Below are positions 11,084 through 20,155 of a stretch of 64,000 bases of DNA, piece by piece (the first letter of the stretch is position 1; every line of letters starts with the position of its first letter). A program made the translations under genes and the position numbers. Below the pieces are notes generated by a model. It was given only the letters and a program-made list of their open reading frames with translations. It searched no databases and was not told where the DNA came from. Where the stretch lies: contig JBCCYL010000004.1 of NCBI GenBank assembly GCA_039189765.1, positions 64,001 through 128,000 of the forward strand, given 5' to 3'. This stretch comes from Cyanobacteria bacterium P01_F01_bin.150. Its GTDB lineage: Bacteria > Cyanobacteriota > Cyanobacteriia > CAKZMO01.

Positions 11084-13051
11084 TTAAGGTGGATAATCTT
11101 CATCATGCGAGTTCTTCAAGTAGGTGTAATGTTGCAGCGATCGCCCATAGGTCTGTAGCAGTAGCTGAGCCTCGTCTAACGTAATGGACTCATCCTGCAA
11201 CGCCTGCTCTGTGCGACGGCGTAAGTTTTCTAGAAGCGCATCTATATCATAAGCAACTGCATTAAGGACTTGCCCAATCGTTTTGCCTTTAATGACTTGG
11301 TCAACCTGATACCCCTTGGCAGTGAGACATATTTGAACAATGTGAGTCTCTCCAAACAGGTTATGGAAACTGCCCATAATTTCCTGGTATGTTCCTCCCA
11401 AAAATAAGCCCAAGAAATAGGGACGATCTGGTTCCAAAGGGTGGAGGTTTAACAAGGGCTGTCTTTCGTTGCGATAGGGAAAATGACTAATCTTGCCATC
11501 ACTATCGCAGGTTAAATCAGCTAGCGTTGCCTGGCAACTTGGATATTCGTTTAAGCGATGAATAGGCATAATGGGGAATAATTGACCGATAGCCCAAGAG
11601 TCAGGTATGGAACGAAATACAGAAAGGTTAATGTAGTAAATGGACGCCATAATCGAGTCTAACTCCATGATATCGTCCGACACATACTCCGCTTGACGAG
11701 CTTCTTGACGAACAATATTAAGAATACGATGACAGGCTACCCAGTAAATTTGCTCAACGGTGGCTCGATCCGACATGCTCAGGTAACCCAGCTTGAAGAG
11801 GCTCAACGCCTCTTCTTTACATTGAATAGCGTCGTGATAAGCTTCCTGATAATTTTGAGAGGTGATCGATTCATACGCCTCCCACATATTACGTAAAACC
11901 AACGGCAGAGACTGAGCTTGTATAGCTGTTGGGGGCGTGAGATTGACGCTAGTGTTTGGTGTATTAGTATCACTGCTGCCCAATACATCAAATATCAGAA
12001 CGGACTGATGAGAAGCGATCGCTCGTCCGCTTTCACTAATGAGAGTGGGAACAGACACCTGACGTGCTTCACAGGCATCTTTTACCGCGGCCACCACATC
12101 ATTGGCATAATTTTGCATGTTGTAGTTTTTAGACGCAGGACCATCAGTTTTGGAGCCGTCATAATCCACTGCCAGTCCTCCACCCACATCTAAAAACTGC
12201 ATATTTGCCCCTGATTGCACCAGCTCCACATAAATCTGGCTGGCTTCCCGGAGCGCGTCTTTGAGCACGCTAATAGAGGAAATTTGAGACCCAATGTGAA
12301 AGTGAAGCAGTTGAAGGCAGTCTAAATGATGATGCGATCGCAGCGTTTCCACTACCGTCATAATTTCGGGAATCGTTAGACCAAATTTGGCACGATCGCC
12401 CGTCGTTTGTGCCCAACGGCCACTTCCTTTTATGCTCAGCTTGACCCTCACTCCTAAAATAGGGCGAATGTTCAGACGGTGACTGACGTTTAAGGCTAGA
12501 TAGAGTTCCGAGGGGCGCTCCAATACAATAATAGGTCGATGGCACAGTCGCTGAGCTAATAAGGCGGCTTCAATATACGGTTCATCTTTATATCCATTGC
12601 AAATCAACAGGGAGTTGGGAGTGTTTAAGGTTGCCAAGGCAATCATTAGTTCTGGTTTAGACCCCGCTTCCAGCCCCAATTGATGAGTCATGCCAAAGCG
12701 CACCACATCTTCAACTAAATGACGTTGTTGGTTGCATTTAATTGGAAATACGCCTTGGTAAGCACCTGGATAGTCGTACCGGGCTATCGCCTTTGCAAAA
12801 CAGGCATTCAAACGCTCAATACGATCCGCTAATATATCGGGAAACCGGATAATCAGCGGTAGTTCTAACTGCCGTTGCTTGAGCGATTCTACTAGCTGAA
12901 ACAAATCTAAGGTTCCACCGCGATCGCCCTTCGGTGAGACGGTAACATGCCCAGCGGCATTGATCGAAAAATAAGGTTCTCCCCAGCCATGGAGATTGTA
13001 TAGTTGCTCACTATCTTCAATTTTCCAGGCATCGACTGACTTCTTGATCAT
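11084..13051 (-). CDS. speA: Biosynthetic arginine decarboxylase
   Basis: FPIKCNQ (PLP lysine), LEAGSKPEL, HFHIGSQ, DVGGGL, ESGRA, DLTCDSDG and HNLFG motifs. Confidence 0.96.
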   Translation of the reverse strand: MIKKSVDAWKIEDSEQLYNLHGWGEPYFSINAAGHVTVSPKGDRGGTLDLFQLVESLKQRQLELPLIIRFPDILADRIERLNACFAKAIARYDYPGAYQGVFPIKCNQQRHLVEDVVRFGMTHQLGLEAGSKPELMIALATLNTPNSLLICNGYKDEPYIEAALLAQRLCHRPIIVLERPSELYLALNVSHRLNIRPILGVRVKLSIKGSGRWAQTTGDRAKFGLTIPEIMTVVETLRSHHHLDCLQLLHFHIGSQISSISVLKDALREASQIYVELVQSGANMQFLDVGGGLAVDYDGSKTDGPASKNYNMQNYANDVVAAVKDACEARQVSVPTLISESGRAIASHQSVLIFDVLGSSDTNTPNTSVNLTPPTAIQAQSLPLVLRNMWEAYESITSQNYQEAYHDAIQCKEEALSLFKLGYLSMSDRATVEQIYWVACHRILNIVRQEARQAEYVSDDIMELDSIMASIYYINLSVFRSIPDSWAIGQLFPIMPIHRLNEYPSCQATLADLTCDSDGKISHFPYRNERQPLLNLHPLEPDRPYFLGLFLGGTYQEIMGSFHNLFGETHIVQICLTAKGYQVDQVIKGKTIGQVLNAVAYDIDALLENLRRRTEQALQDESITLDEAQLLLQTYGRSLQHYTYLKNSHDEDYPP

Positions 13052-13161
13052 TCTGTTTACCTTTTTCTAAAGAGGCATCATTATGTGCGCCTTTTTCTGA
13101 AGAGGAGACCTTTTGCGGAGCCAATATCGGCAAATAATTTTCTGTTACTGGTACAGATATC

Positions 13162-13213
13162 GCTTGAGCAGAACCGGCTTGAGCAGAACCGGCCTGAGCA
13201 GAACCGGCCTGAG
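13162..13213. repeat. 15-bp tandem repeat (GCTTGAGCAGAACCG x 3.5) upstream of speA
   Basis: Read directly. Encodes QAGSA repeats in ORF 13017-13235(-). Confidence 0.9.
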
Positions 13214-13261
13214 AAGTCCATTCTTGACTTACCATTGCTTAATCCTATTCATATCCAACTT

Positions 13262-13338
13262 GGGTATCAACTTTAGACGGGTGTTGTAGCGACGCGCCCA
13301 CAACACCGTTCATTTTATTTCGCCTTAAAATGAAACCC
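13262..13338 (-). mobile_element. MITE family A copy
   Basis: GGGTATCAACTTTAG...GGTGTTGT-ACAACACC...CGCCTTAAAATGAAACCC. Flanks tccaactt/tccaacgg. Confidence 0.85.
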
Positions 13339-13566
13339 TCCAACGGTCTTCCTTTTTAAGGGAAATTTAGGGGGTTCTCTTGCTTTGGGCATACATTATC
13401 TTTAGGGGAGAATGACATTGCTGTTCTGCATTTATGCCTTTAAATAGCTCAGCGCATTAAAACATAAAAAGCGTTATTCCTTAAATCACTTGTCATACCG
13501 CTATAATCATCCTCATCTGAGCCTCTAACAAGTTGTTAGAAATGGAAGAAGTTTGAATAAAATCGC

Positions 13567-13896
13567 ATGAATGCATTATCAATTCCCACCTGGGTGATTC
13601 ATATCTCCAGTGTTATTGAATGGACTGTTGCCATCTGGGTGATATGGACCTACGCTGAATCCATTCATAATCCTGCATGGCGTGCCCTTTCCCTTGGAAT
13701 GCTTCCCGCACTGGTCAGTGCGATGTGTGCTTGTACGTGGCACTTCTTCGATAACCCTAATTCTTTAGACTGGCTAGTGACGTTACAAGCCGCTACGACT
13801 CTACTAGGAAATTTTACCCTCTGTCTTGCGGGTTGGTGGATCTGGCGCTCTGTCACCATAAGCCCAGAGGGTATCAATGAGGATTCAACAAGGTGA
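13567..13896 (+). CDS. ycf49: DUF2499 (Ycf49-like) membrane protein
   Basis: ALSIPTWVIHISSVIEW, AMCACTWHFFDN and WLVTLQA motifs. Confidence 0.85.
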   Translation: MNALSIPTWVIHISSVIEWTVAIWVIWTYAESIHNPAWRALSLGMLPALVSAMCACTWHFFDNPNSLDWLVTLQAATTLLGNFTLCLAGWWIWRSVTISPEGINEDSTR

Positions 13897-14198
13897 TGAT
13901 GTTATTAGACACTTTACTATCGAAAGAAACACTTTTTGGCCTGTCGCTATTTCCCTATATTGGCTTCTTATGGTTTCTTACTCGTACCCCTGAGACTCCG
14001 CGTCTAGCTCTGATTGGCTTTTACGGCACTTTGGTATTTGTCGCGGTTACCATTCCAGCCGGAATTTATGCTGAACGCGTTTATAATGACGTGCTGGCAA
14101 ATGTTGATGCCATTCACGGTGGAGCTGAATTCTTTCTAACGCTGTCCAATATCTTGGTCGTTGTAGGTTTTTACAAGGCAGTAAGATCAAAACGGTAA
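13893..14198 (+). CDS. DUF3593 membrane protein
   Basis: LFGLSLFPY, FVAVTIPAGIY and LANVDAIHGGAE motifs. Overlaps the DUF2499 stop, the usual pairing. Confidence 0.85.
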   Translation: MMMLLDTLLSKETLFGLSLFPYIGFLWFLTRTPETPRLALIGFYGTLVFVAVTIPAGIYAERVYNDVLANVDAIHGGAEFFLTLSNILVVVGFYKAVRSKR

Positions 14199-14338
14199 AA
14201 TAGTTAACCCTTCCAGCACTATCCGGAACTAGCATTAAGAAATAATACCGGAAACGAATTTTGAACAAAATCGTCTCGTTTCATGCAATAAGGTATTAAC
14301 CCAACCTTCACTCATCTCTTTTTTTTGATTTAGGAATA

Positions 14339-14382
14339 GATATCCCTGAATATATATCTAGAGATATCTATTCAGGGATATC
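14339..14382. promoter_or_regulatory. Long palindrome 27 bp upstream of the kinase start
   Basis: GATATCCCTGAATA...TATTCAGGGATATC with 14-bp perfect arms. Confidence 0.5.
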
Positions 14383-14409
14383 ATCGCCACTCATACAGAT
14401 GTATTCATC

Positions 14410-16698
14410 ATGATTTGCTGCCTTAATGCACACTGCCAGAAGCCTCTCAATTCCGATGGTGATAAGACTTGTCGGAGCTGTGGGGCACCATTGGTTAATG
14501 CATTGCGCAATCGATATCGCCCTGTTCGGCTGATTGGCCAAGGAGGCTTTGGCCGCACCTATTTGGCACAAGATAAAGACCGTCTGAATGCAAAATGTGT
14601 AATCAAACAATTTTCGCCTCAGGTTCGGACATCCAATGCGATGAACAAAGCTGTCAGCTTGTTTAATCAGGAGGCAATGCGTTTATATGAATTGGGGGAG
14701 CATCCCCAGATTCCAGCTCTGCTGGCATATTTTGAGCAGGACGGCTATCTCTATCTGGTTCAACAGTACGTAGCAGGACAGAGCCTGGCTCAGGAACTTG
14801 TCCGACAGGGACCTTTAACAGAAGGCCAAATTCGCGCTATCCTAGCAGATTTATTGCCTGTTCTCCAATTTGTGCATGGGCACCAGGTGATTCACCGCGA
14901 TATTACTCCCATGAACATTTTGCGTCGTAAAACGGATGGGCGAATGGTTTTGATTGACTTTGGGGTCGCCAAACAACTTAGTGTAGAAATGCCAGCTCAG
15001 CAGGGTACCAGAATTGGAACTGAGGGGTATTCCCCAATTGAACAATTTCGGGGTGGCCGAGCCTATCCGGCCAGTGACTTATATAGTGTGGGGGCAACCT
15101 GTTTACATCTATTGACAAATACTCGGCCTGATTATTTATATGATCCCTTAAATGGAGAGTGGATTTGGCAAGCTCAACTAGCGGAACAAAAGCGATCGCT
15201 CACCCCTGGATTAACCGCTATTTTGGACAAAATGCTTAAGGATCTGGTGAATGAGCGATATCAATCGGCCAATGAAGTTTTAGATTCTTTAGAACGCTTA
15301 GCTCCTGTCAAAACTTCATCGATACCAAAGGGGACTACAAATCAACCAGGTTCTTGGTCAGAGTCTGAAAGTAATACGGGAAACAGTCAAGGAGCAAATG
15401 CTAGCGACCACCAAGGAACAGTGGTATCTCCCTCAGGGGAACGAATCTTTTATCCAATGCGATTGCCATCTAGAGCACCAATATCGAAACCACCCGACCC
15501 ATCATCTTCAATACATAACTCTTCACCCCAGAGTCGCACACCTTTGACACCCAGTCGGCCACCTAGTGGACCACTCAGTCGCCCTCCCCTGCCGCCAAGT
15601 CGGCCACCCAGCGGACCAGGGCTATCAGGGCAACGTTCCGGTGGCCCCCCGAGATTCAAAACCTCCTCCTCCCCGAATCGCTCCCTCCGATCTTCTCCCC
15701 GTCGTTCAACTCCGCCCCCTCCCCCCTCCCGCCCTCCTTATGCAGCATCAGCTCCCCCAATGGCGGCAGCGTCTGTCCCTTTGCGACAGGATGGTATTTC
15801 CTCTACTTCAAAACAATGTTTGTGCCTATATACGTTGAATGCTCATGCCTCATGGATAACGGCTGTCACCACCAGCCCGGCACTATCTATTTTTGCAAGT
15901 AGCGGCTTGGATGATGTCGTCAAAGTTTGGAATTTTCGAACCGGTGAGTTGATGTTTACCCTGAAAGGCCATACAGGGGGCATCAATACAGCATCCTTTT
16001 CTCCCAACGGTAAATTATTGCTTAGCGGCAGTGACGATTACAGCATCAAAATGTGGGATGCAGCTTCAGGTAAGCTACTCCGCACATTAGTTGGGCACAG
16101 CCGAGATGTGACAAGCGTAGTGGTCAGTGCTGATGGCAAATATGTTCTCAGTGGTGGGGCCGATCGGGCTATTCGGATTTGGGATATTGGGTCTGGAAAC
16201 TTACTTAAAGTTCCGTTTGGTGTGGCCAGTATTGTACGGTCCGTTGCGGTTAGTAATGATGGTCAGGTATTTGTCAGCGGTGGCCTTGATCGTAAAATCA
16301 AGCTGTGGGGCATGAAAAGCGCGACATTAGCGAGAGAATGGACGGCTCATCGGGCTGCTGTCACAGCAGTGGCCGTGAGTGCAAACAATCAGATGATCGT
16401 TAGTGCAGGCAAGGATAGAATGATCAAGCTATGGGACTTGCAAACAGGTAAGCTAATTCGAGATTTTAAGGGACATAAGCAAGAGGTAAATGCGATCGCT
16501 CTTACTCCAAATAATCAACATCTAATTAGCGGCAGCCGTGATGCGTCCATTCGGATCTGGGATACGTCCAATGGTAAGACAATTGATGTTATCACCGACC
16601 ATTCCGCTAGCGTGAACGCGATCGCAATTCATAAACAGGGTAAGCACTTTATCAGTGGCAGCTCCGACCTTACCATTCGGGTGTGGCAGTTTCGTTAA
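14410..16698 (+). CDS. Hanks-type Ser/Thr protein kinase with N-terminal 4-Cys module, Pro-rich linker and C-terminal WD40 repeats
   Basis: GQGGFG, VIKQF, HRDITPMN, DFG, and about 7 GH...WD repeats. Confidence 0.93.
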   Translation: MICCLNAHCQKPLNSDGDKTCRSCGAPLVNALRNRYRPVRLIGQGGFGRTYLAQDKDRLNAKCVIKQFSPQVRTSNAMNKAVSLFNQEAMRLYELGEHPQIPALLAYFEQDGYLYLVQQYVAGQSLAQELVRQGPLTEGQIRAILADLLPVLQFVHGHQVIHRDITPMNILRRKTDGRMVLIDFGVAKQLSVEMPAQQGTRIGTEGYSPIEQFRGGRAYPASDLYSVGATCLHLLTNTRPDYLYDPLNGEWIWQAQLAEQKRSLTPGLTAILDKMLKDLVNERYQSANEVLDSLERLAPVKTSSIPKGTTNQPGSWSESESNTGNSQGANASDHQGTVVSPSGERIFYPMRLPSRAPISKPPDPSSSIHNSSPQSRTPLTPSRPPSGPLSRPPLPPSRPPSGPGLSGQRSGGPPRFKTSSSPNRSLRSSPRRSTPPPPPSRPPYAASAPPMAAASVPLRQDGISSTSKQCLCLYTLNAHASWITAVTTSPALSIFASSGLDDVVKVWNFRTGELMFTLKGHTGGINTASFSPNGKLLLSGSDDYSIKMWDAASGKLLRTLVGHSRDVTSVVVSADGKYVLSGGADRAIRIWDIGSGNLLKVPFGVASIVRSVAVSNDGQVFVSGGLDRKIKLWGMKSATLAREWTAHRAAVTAVAVSANNQMIVSAGKDRMIKLWDLQTGKLIRDFKGHKQEVNAIALTPNNQHLISGSRDASIRIWDTSNGKTIDVITDHSASVNAIAIHKQGKHFISGSSDLTIRVWQFR

Positions 16699-16801
16699 AA
16701 TGTTGTCAATGTGCATGTCGTCAATGTGCAATTCGGCCCAAGCCAATGAGGTAACTTTTAGATTATCCTTTGGATAGGAGGAGAGGTTGGGAGCAATTTC
16801 C

Positions 16802-17542
16802 ATGGGTAAAGGCTTAAAAGCAGTAATTTTTAACTTTAATGGTGTCATCATCAACGATGAAGCTTTACATCAGGCGCTGCTAGAAAAAGTGTTGCTTGAG
16901 GAGAATATTCAACTCAGATTTGGCGAATATCGGGAGGTGGGTCTTGGGAAAAGCGATCGCGCCTGCTTTGATAATTTCCTGACAAGCCGAGGACGAGCGT
17001 TTACAGATGCAACCTTAGATCTTCTGGTTCAACGCAAGTCTCAGTACTATCAAAATGAGATCACTACCCTAACTCCCCTCCCAATCTACTCAGGTGTCGA
17101 AGATATTATCTTTCGGTTTAGAGCGTTACAGCTTCCGCTGGCTATTGTCAGTGAGGCAGGGCGGCGTGAAATTCAAATTGTGTTAGACCGTTCGGGACTA
17201 GCAACCCATTTCTCAGTCATTGTGGATGGAGAGGACATTCCCCTCAACAAACCGGACCCAACGGGGTTATTAATGGCAATGGAACAGCTTAATAGGTCCT
17301 TTCCGACTCTAGGGCTAGAACCATCAAATTGTTTGGTTATTGAAGATACTCCCGCAGGGATTGAAGCGGCTAAACGAGCAGGCATGACGGTCGTAGGTGT
17401 TGCCAATACCTATCCGTATCATATGATTCAGCGACAAGCCAACTGGGCTGTCGATTATTTAAATGAGTTAGAGTTGGATCGCATCCAATACTGTTTTGAG
17501 GAAGAAAGCGAAGCTGCTCTCTCGGCATCGGCCATCGAATAG
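16802..17542 (+). CDS. HAD-superfamily hydrolase (CbbY/beta-PGM-like)
   Basis: VIFNFNGV (motif I, degenerate), KPDP and VIEDTPAGIEAA. Confidence 0.85.
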   Translation: MGKGLKAVIFNFNGVIINDEALHQALLEKVLLEENIQLRFGEYREVGLGKSDRACFDNFLTSRGRAFTDATLDLLVQRKSQYYQNEITTLTPLPIYSGVEDIIFRFRALQLPLAIVSEAGRREIQIVLDRSGLATHFSVIVDGEDIPLNKPDPTGLLMAMEQLNRSFPTLGLEPSNCLVIEDTPAGIEAAKRAGMTVVGVANTYPYHMIQRQANWAVDYLNELELDRIQYCFEEESEAALSASAIE

Positions 17543-17600
17543 TGGGGACGAACATAACCGCACAAAGTCAGTAAGTTTTAGCTTAGAATAGCTATAGTTC

Positions 17601-17673
17601 GGGGAATTAGCTCAGTTGGTAGAGTGCCAGGATCGCACCCTGGAGGTCAGGGGTTCGACTCCCCTATTCTCCA
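17601..17673 (+). tRNA. tRNA-Ala (anticodon CGC)
   Basis: GGGGAAT/ATTCTCC-A acceptor with G3:U70, D arm TAGCTCAGTTGGTAGAG, anticodon arm CCAGG-AT-CGC-AC-CCTGG, T arm GGTTCGACTCC. Confidence 0.96.
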
Positions 17674-17778
17674 TTTCTTGAGAATGCTCAGTAATGGCAT
17701 GAAACCCTGGGCAAGATGAAATTCACCACCGAGAATCAGCTCAAAACATAAAACTAGGAATTGCTGGGCAGCTTGGCA

Positions 17779-17890
17779 CTGGTCATCGTCTGCGATATGT
17801 GGCTTACTGGATTTGATGCCCCATGCCTCCACACCATGTACATCGACAAACCGATTAAAGGGCACAACCTGATGCAGGCGATCACCCTAA
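17779..17890 (+). pseudogene. hsdR: Remnant of type I restriction endonuclease R subunit
   Basis: Translates [35 protein letters not shown], the HsdR helicase motif V/VI region. No full ORF is present. Confidence 0.85.
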
Positions 17891-17929
17891 TTGTTCGGAT
17901 TCGCAAGATGGATACAAATTTTGCTTTTG

Positions 17930-19399
17930 TTACTGGATAAGTGGATATTCATCCGCTGGAGCCGCAGACCACTCCCACATCGATCCGGCATAGTTTTCCA
18001 CCGAATACCCATAGTTAACGAGTACGGTTGTTAGCCAGCCCGATCGAATTCCTCCAGTACAGTAGGCGATCGCCCGCTTGTCTATCGTGAGTCCATAGTC
18101 TCGAAGCTTTTCTCGCAGTTCAGATTCCGGCAGCAAAAATCCATCCTCCGTCAGTAGATCTTTAAAATATAAATGAATGGCTCCTGGCACATGTCCCCCG
18201 CGCTGTTCTCCATAGGGAGTTTCTCCTGCGTATTCTCTGGACTCACGGGTATCAATTAGCAGAATTTGAGCCGGTGTATTCACAAGTCGTTGCAGTTCAT
18301 CCTGCTGAATATCCCAATCTGGAGCCATCTCAGGAGTTTGATTCGTTCGTCGCTTCACCACAAAATCACCACGGTCCACTTTAGCCGCCGCGCTGGCATC
18401 GTTAGCTTCCTCCCTAAATGCCAGCAATGCCTTAATTCCGCCATCGACCATAACAACTTTCCCATGGCCCAGCGTTCGTAACATCCAGACAATTCGTCCA
18501 TCTTCCCCCCAGCCATTGGGGGGATTGGCAAAGACGACCACGGGGCGATCGATTGATATCCCCACTTCCTGCAATCGTTGAGTCAATTGCTCATCTTCTG
18601 CTAAGAGCTTGCCTCGATGGGGGTGCTCTGTTTGAGAAAACTGTTGCCAACTTACGACCTTTGCACCAGGGAAACGCCGTAGCCCCAATCCTTTGCCTTG
18701 GGCATCCAGTAGCGTTGCTCCCCGCCGAACCAGTTGAACTGCCTGCTCAGCACTGACAATCCACTGGGACTCGAACGAAATGTCTGGCGAAGAATCTAGG
18801 CCATTAACCATAGACAACTGTGACTTATTTATCCCGGACATTTGGTCCGTTTGGTCTAAAGATGGAAAGGATATGGGACGGTTTTGCTGACGCCATGCAC
18901 TCATGTCGCCTTCTAGACGTTGGATATGGGTAAAGCCTGCATCCTGCAAATAACCGTATCCTCGGCGCGATCGCACACCTCGTTCGCAGTAAATAACGAT
19001 AGAAATGTCCTTATTGTCTGGCAAGTCTTCCAGACGGTACGATAGTTCTTGAATCGGGATATTAATGGCTCCAGGCACATGCCCCGATTGATATTCATCA
19101 ATTGTTCTGACATCTAAAATTAGCGGTGCTGCATCAGAGCTTATCTGCCCTAAAAGTTGCTCTTGGCTAATGACTGTTTCAACACCTCCAGATAACGACT
19201 CCGTATTTGATTGGGGCTGAGAAAAACCAGGGAGATCTGCTTCAACACAACCAATTGCGCCCAACCCAATCCCCAGAAAAATCAGGAGTAGAGCTGAGGT
19301 GGAGATATGGCCAGGTAGTAAGGTCTTGCTCACAGCCTTCCTCCTTCCTGCTAGCTCCTGATGGGTCTGTATTTTAGGACAAGAACTGAATGTCCTCAC
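17930..19399 (-). CDS. Three-rhodanese-domain sulfurtransferase, probable lipoprotein
   Basis: Hydrophobic stretch ending LGAIGC, domain 1 GHVPGA...YCERGVRS, and C-terminal tandem domains with GHVPGA...YCTGGIRS...YAGSMWEW. Start uncertain. Confidence 0.85.
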   Translation of the reverse strand: MRTFSSCPKIQTHQELAGRRKAVSKTLLPGHISTSALLLIFLGIGLGAIGCVEADLPGFSQPQSNTESLSGGVETVISQEQLLGQISSDAAPLILDVRTIDEYQSGHVPGAINIPIQELSYRLEDLPDNKDISIVIYCERGVRSRRGYGYLQDAGFTHIQRLEGDMSAWRQQNRPISFPSLDQTDQMSGINKSQLSMVNGLDSSPDISFESQWIVSAEQAVQLVRRGATLLDAQGKGLGLRRFPGAKVVSWQQFSQTEHPHRGKLLAEDEQLTQRLQEVGISIDRPVVVFANPPNGWGEDGRIVWMLRTLGHGKVVMVDGGIKALLAFREEANDASAAAKVDRGDFVVKRRTNQTPEMAPDWDIQQDELQRLVNTPAQILLIDTRESREYAGETPYGEQRGGHVPGAIHLYFKDLLTEDGFLLPESELREKLRDYGLTIDKRAIAYCTGGIRSGWLTTVLVNYGYSVENYAGSMWEWSAAPADEYPLIQ

Positions 19400-19638
19400 A
19401 AAAATGCGTCCGTTCTAATAGCAGTGTCTACTGTCTACAGACATAACAAAGCGGGGGACGATTTAATACCCCCCGCAACATTCATTCACCTGTGTTCACA
19501 CACTAACAAGGCAAGATGGCAGGATTATGACGTTGATATGACAAGACCTTGACGACACCCCAAGCTAAAGACATCAGGTTTCCAAGCTCGGTGGAGGTTT
19601 ATATGAAATACAAGACTTGACTATGCTTATTTTTAATC

Positions 19639-19667
19639 AAAAAAAAGGCCGATCGTCAGATCAGCCC
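19639..19667 (-). terminator. Intrinsic terminator of an unannotated minus-strand unit
   Basis: GGCTGATC-TGAC-GATCGGCC followed by T8 on the minus strand. Confidence 0.8.
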
Positions 19668-19811
19668 TCATACATTTAATTACGTTGTTTTTCTGTCATA
19701 GAGGAATCCCTAACTGCGCGTTCCCAATGCGTCAATTAAGCTAAAGCTCATTGGCAATGAAGATACAGTTAAACAGCATCTGTAGCGAATGTGCTTCATT
19801 TCCTTATGAAC
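19639..19811 (-). ncRNA. Candidate small RNA or small-ORF transcript (29-aa ORF at 19710-19799)
   Basis: -10-like TACAAT at 19818-19813, AAGGA directly before ATG, ORF MKHIRYRCCLTVSSLPMSFSLIDALGTRS, strong terminator. Confidence 0.5.
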
Positions 19812-19814
19812 TAT

Positions 19815-19830
19815 TGTAACAACGCATACT
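19815..19830. promoter_or_regulatory. NtcA-type box (GTA-N8-TAC)
   Basis: tGTAACAACGCATACt, overlapping the TACAAT -10 of the minus-strand unit. Confidence 0.55.
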
Positions 19831-20155
19831 TTTTTTGTGTATAAAACTTAATTTAGTAAAATAGGTTGCAGACATAAGATTTACTAATATGCCTAACAGA
19901 CAATTTTCTAGCTGTCATGTCTCTTGTTACCTCTTTCATATAAAGAGCAGATAATCTTAGGAAGAATGGCGTAATAGCTCAGTGATGCTATTGGAGATCC
20001 TACTATCTAGCTAGTGCATCGCTTATGCGTTTTAGGATTTTTTGCGGGTTCTTCTAGCCTGAACAGAATCCAAGTGGCGTGAGTGTGGACATGATTTGTC
20101 CATATTATGTGCCAGAAATTGATACTTTTTTCTGTGTCTTTTAGGCTCTTTTACT

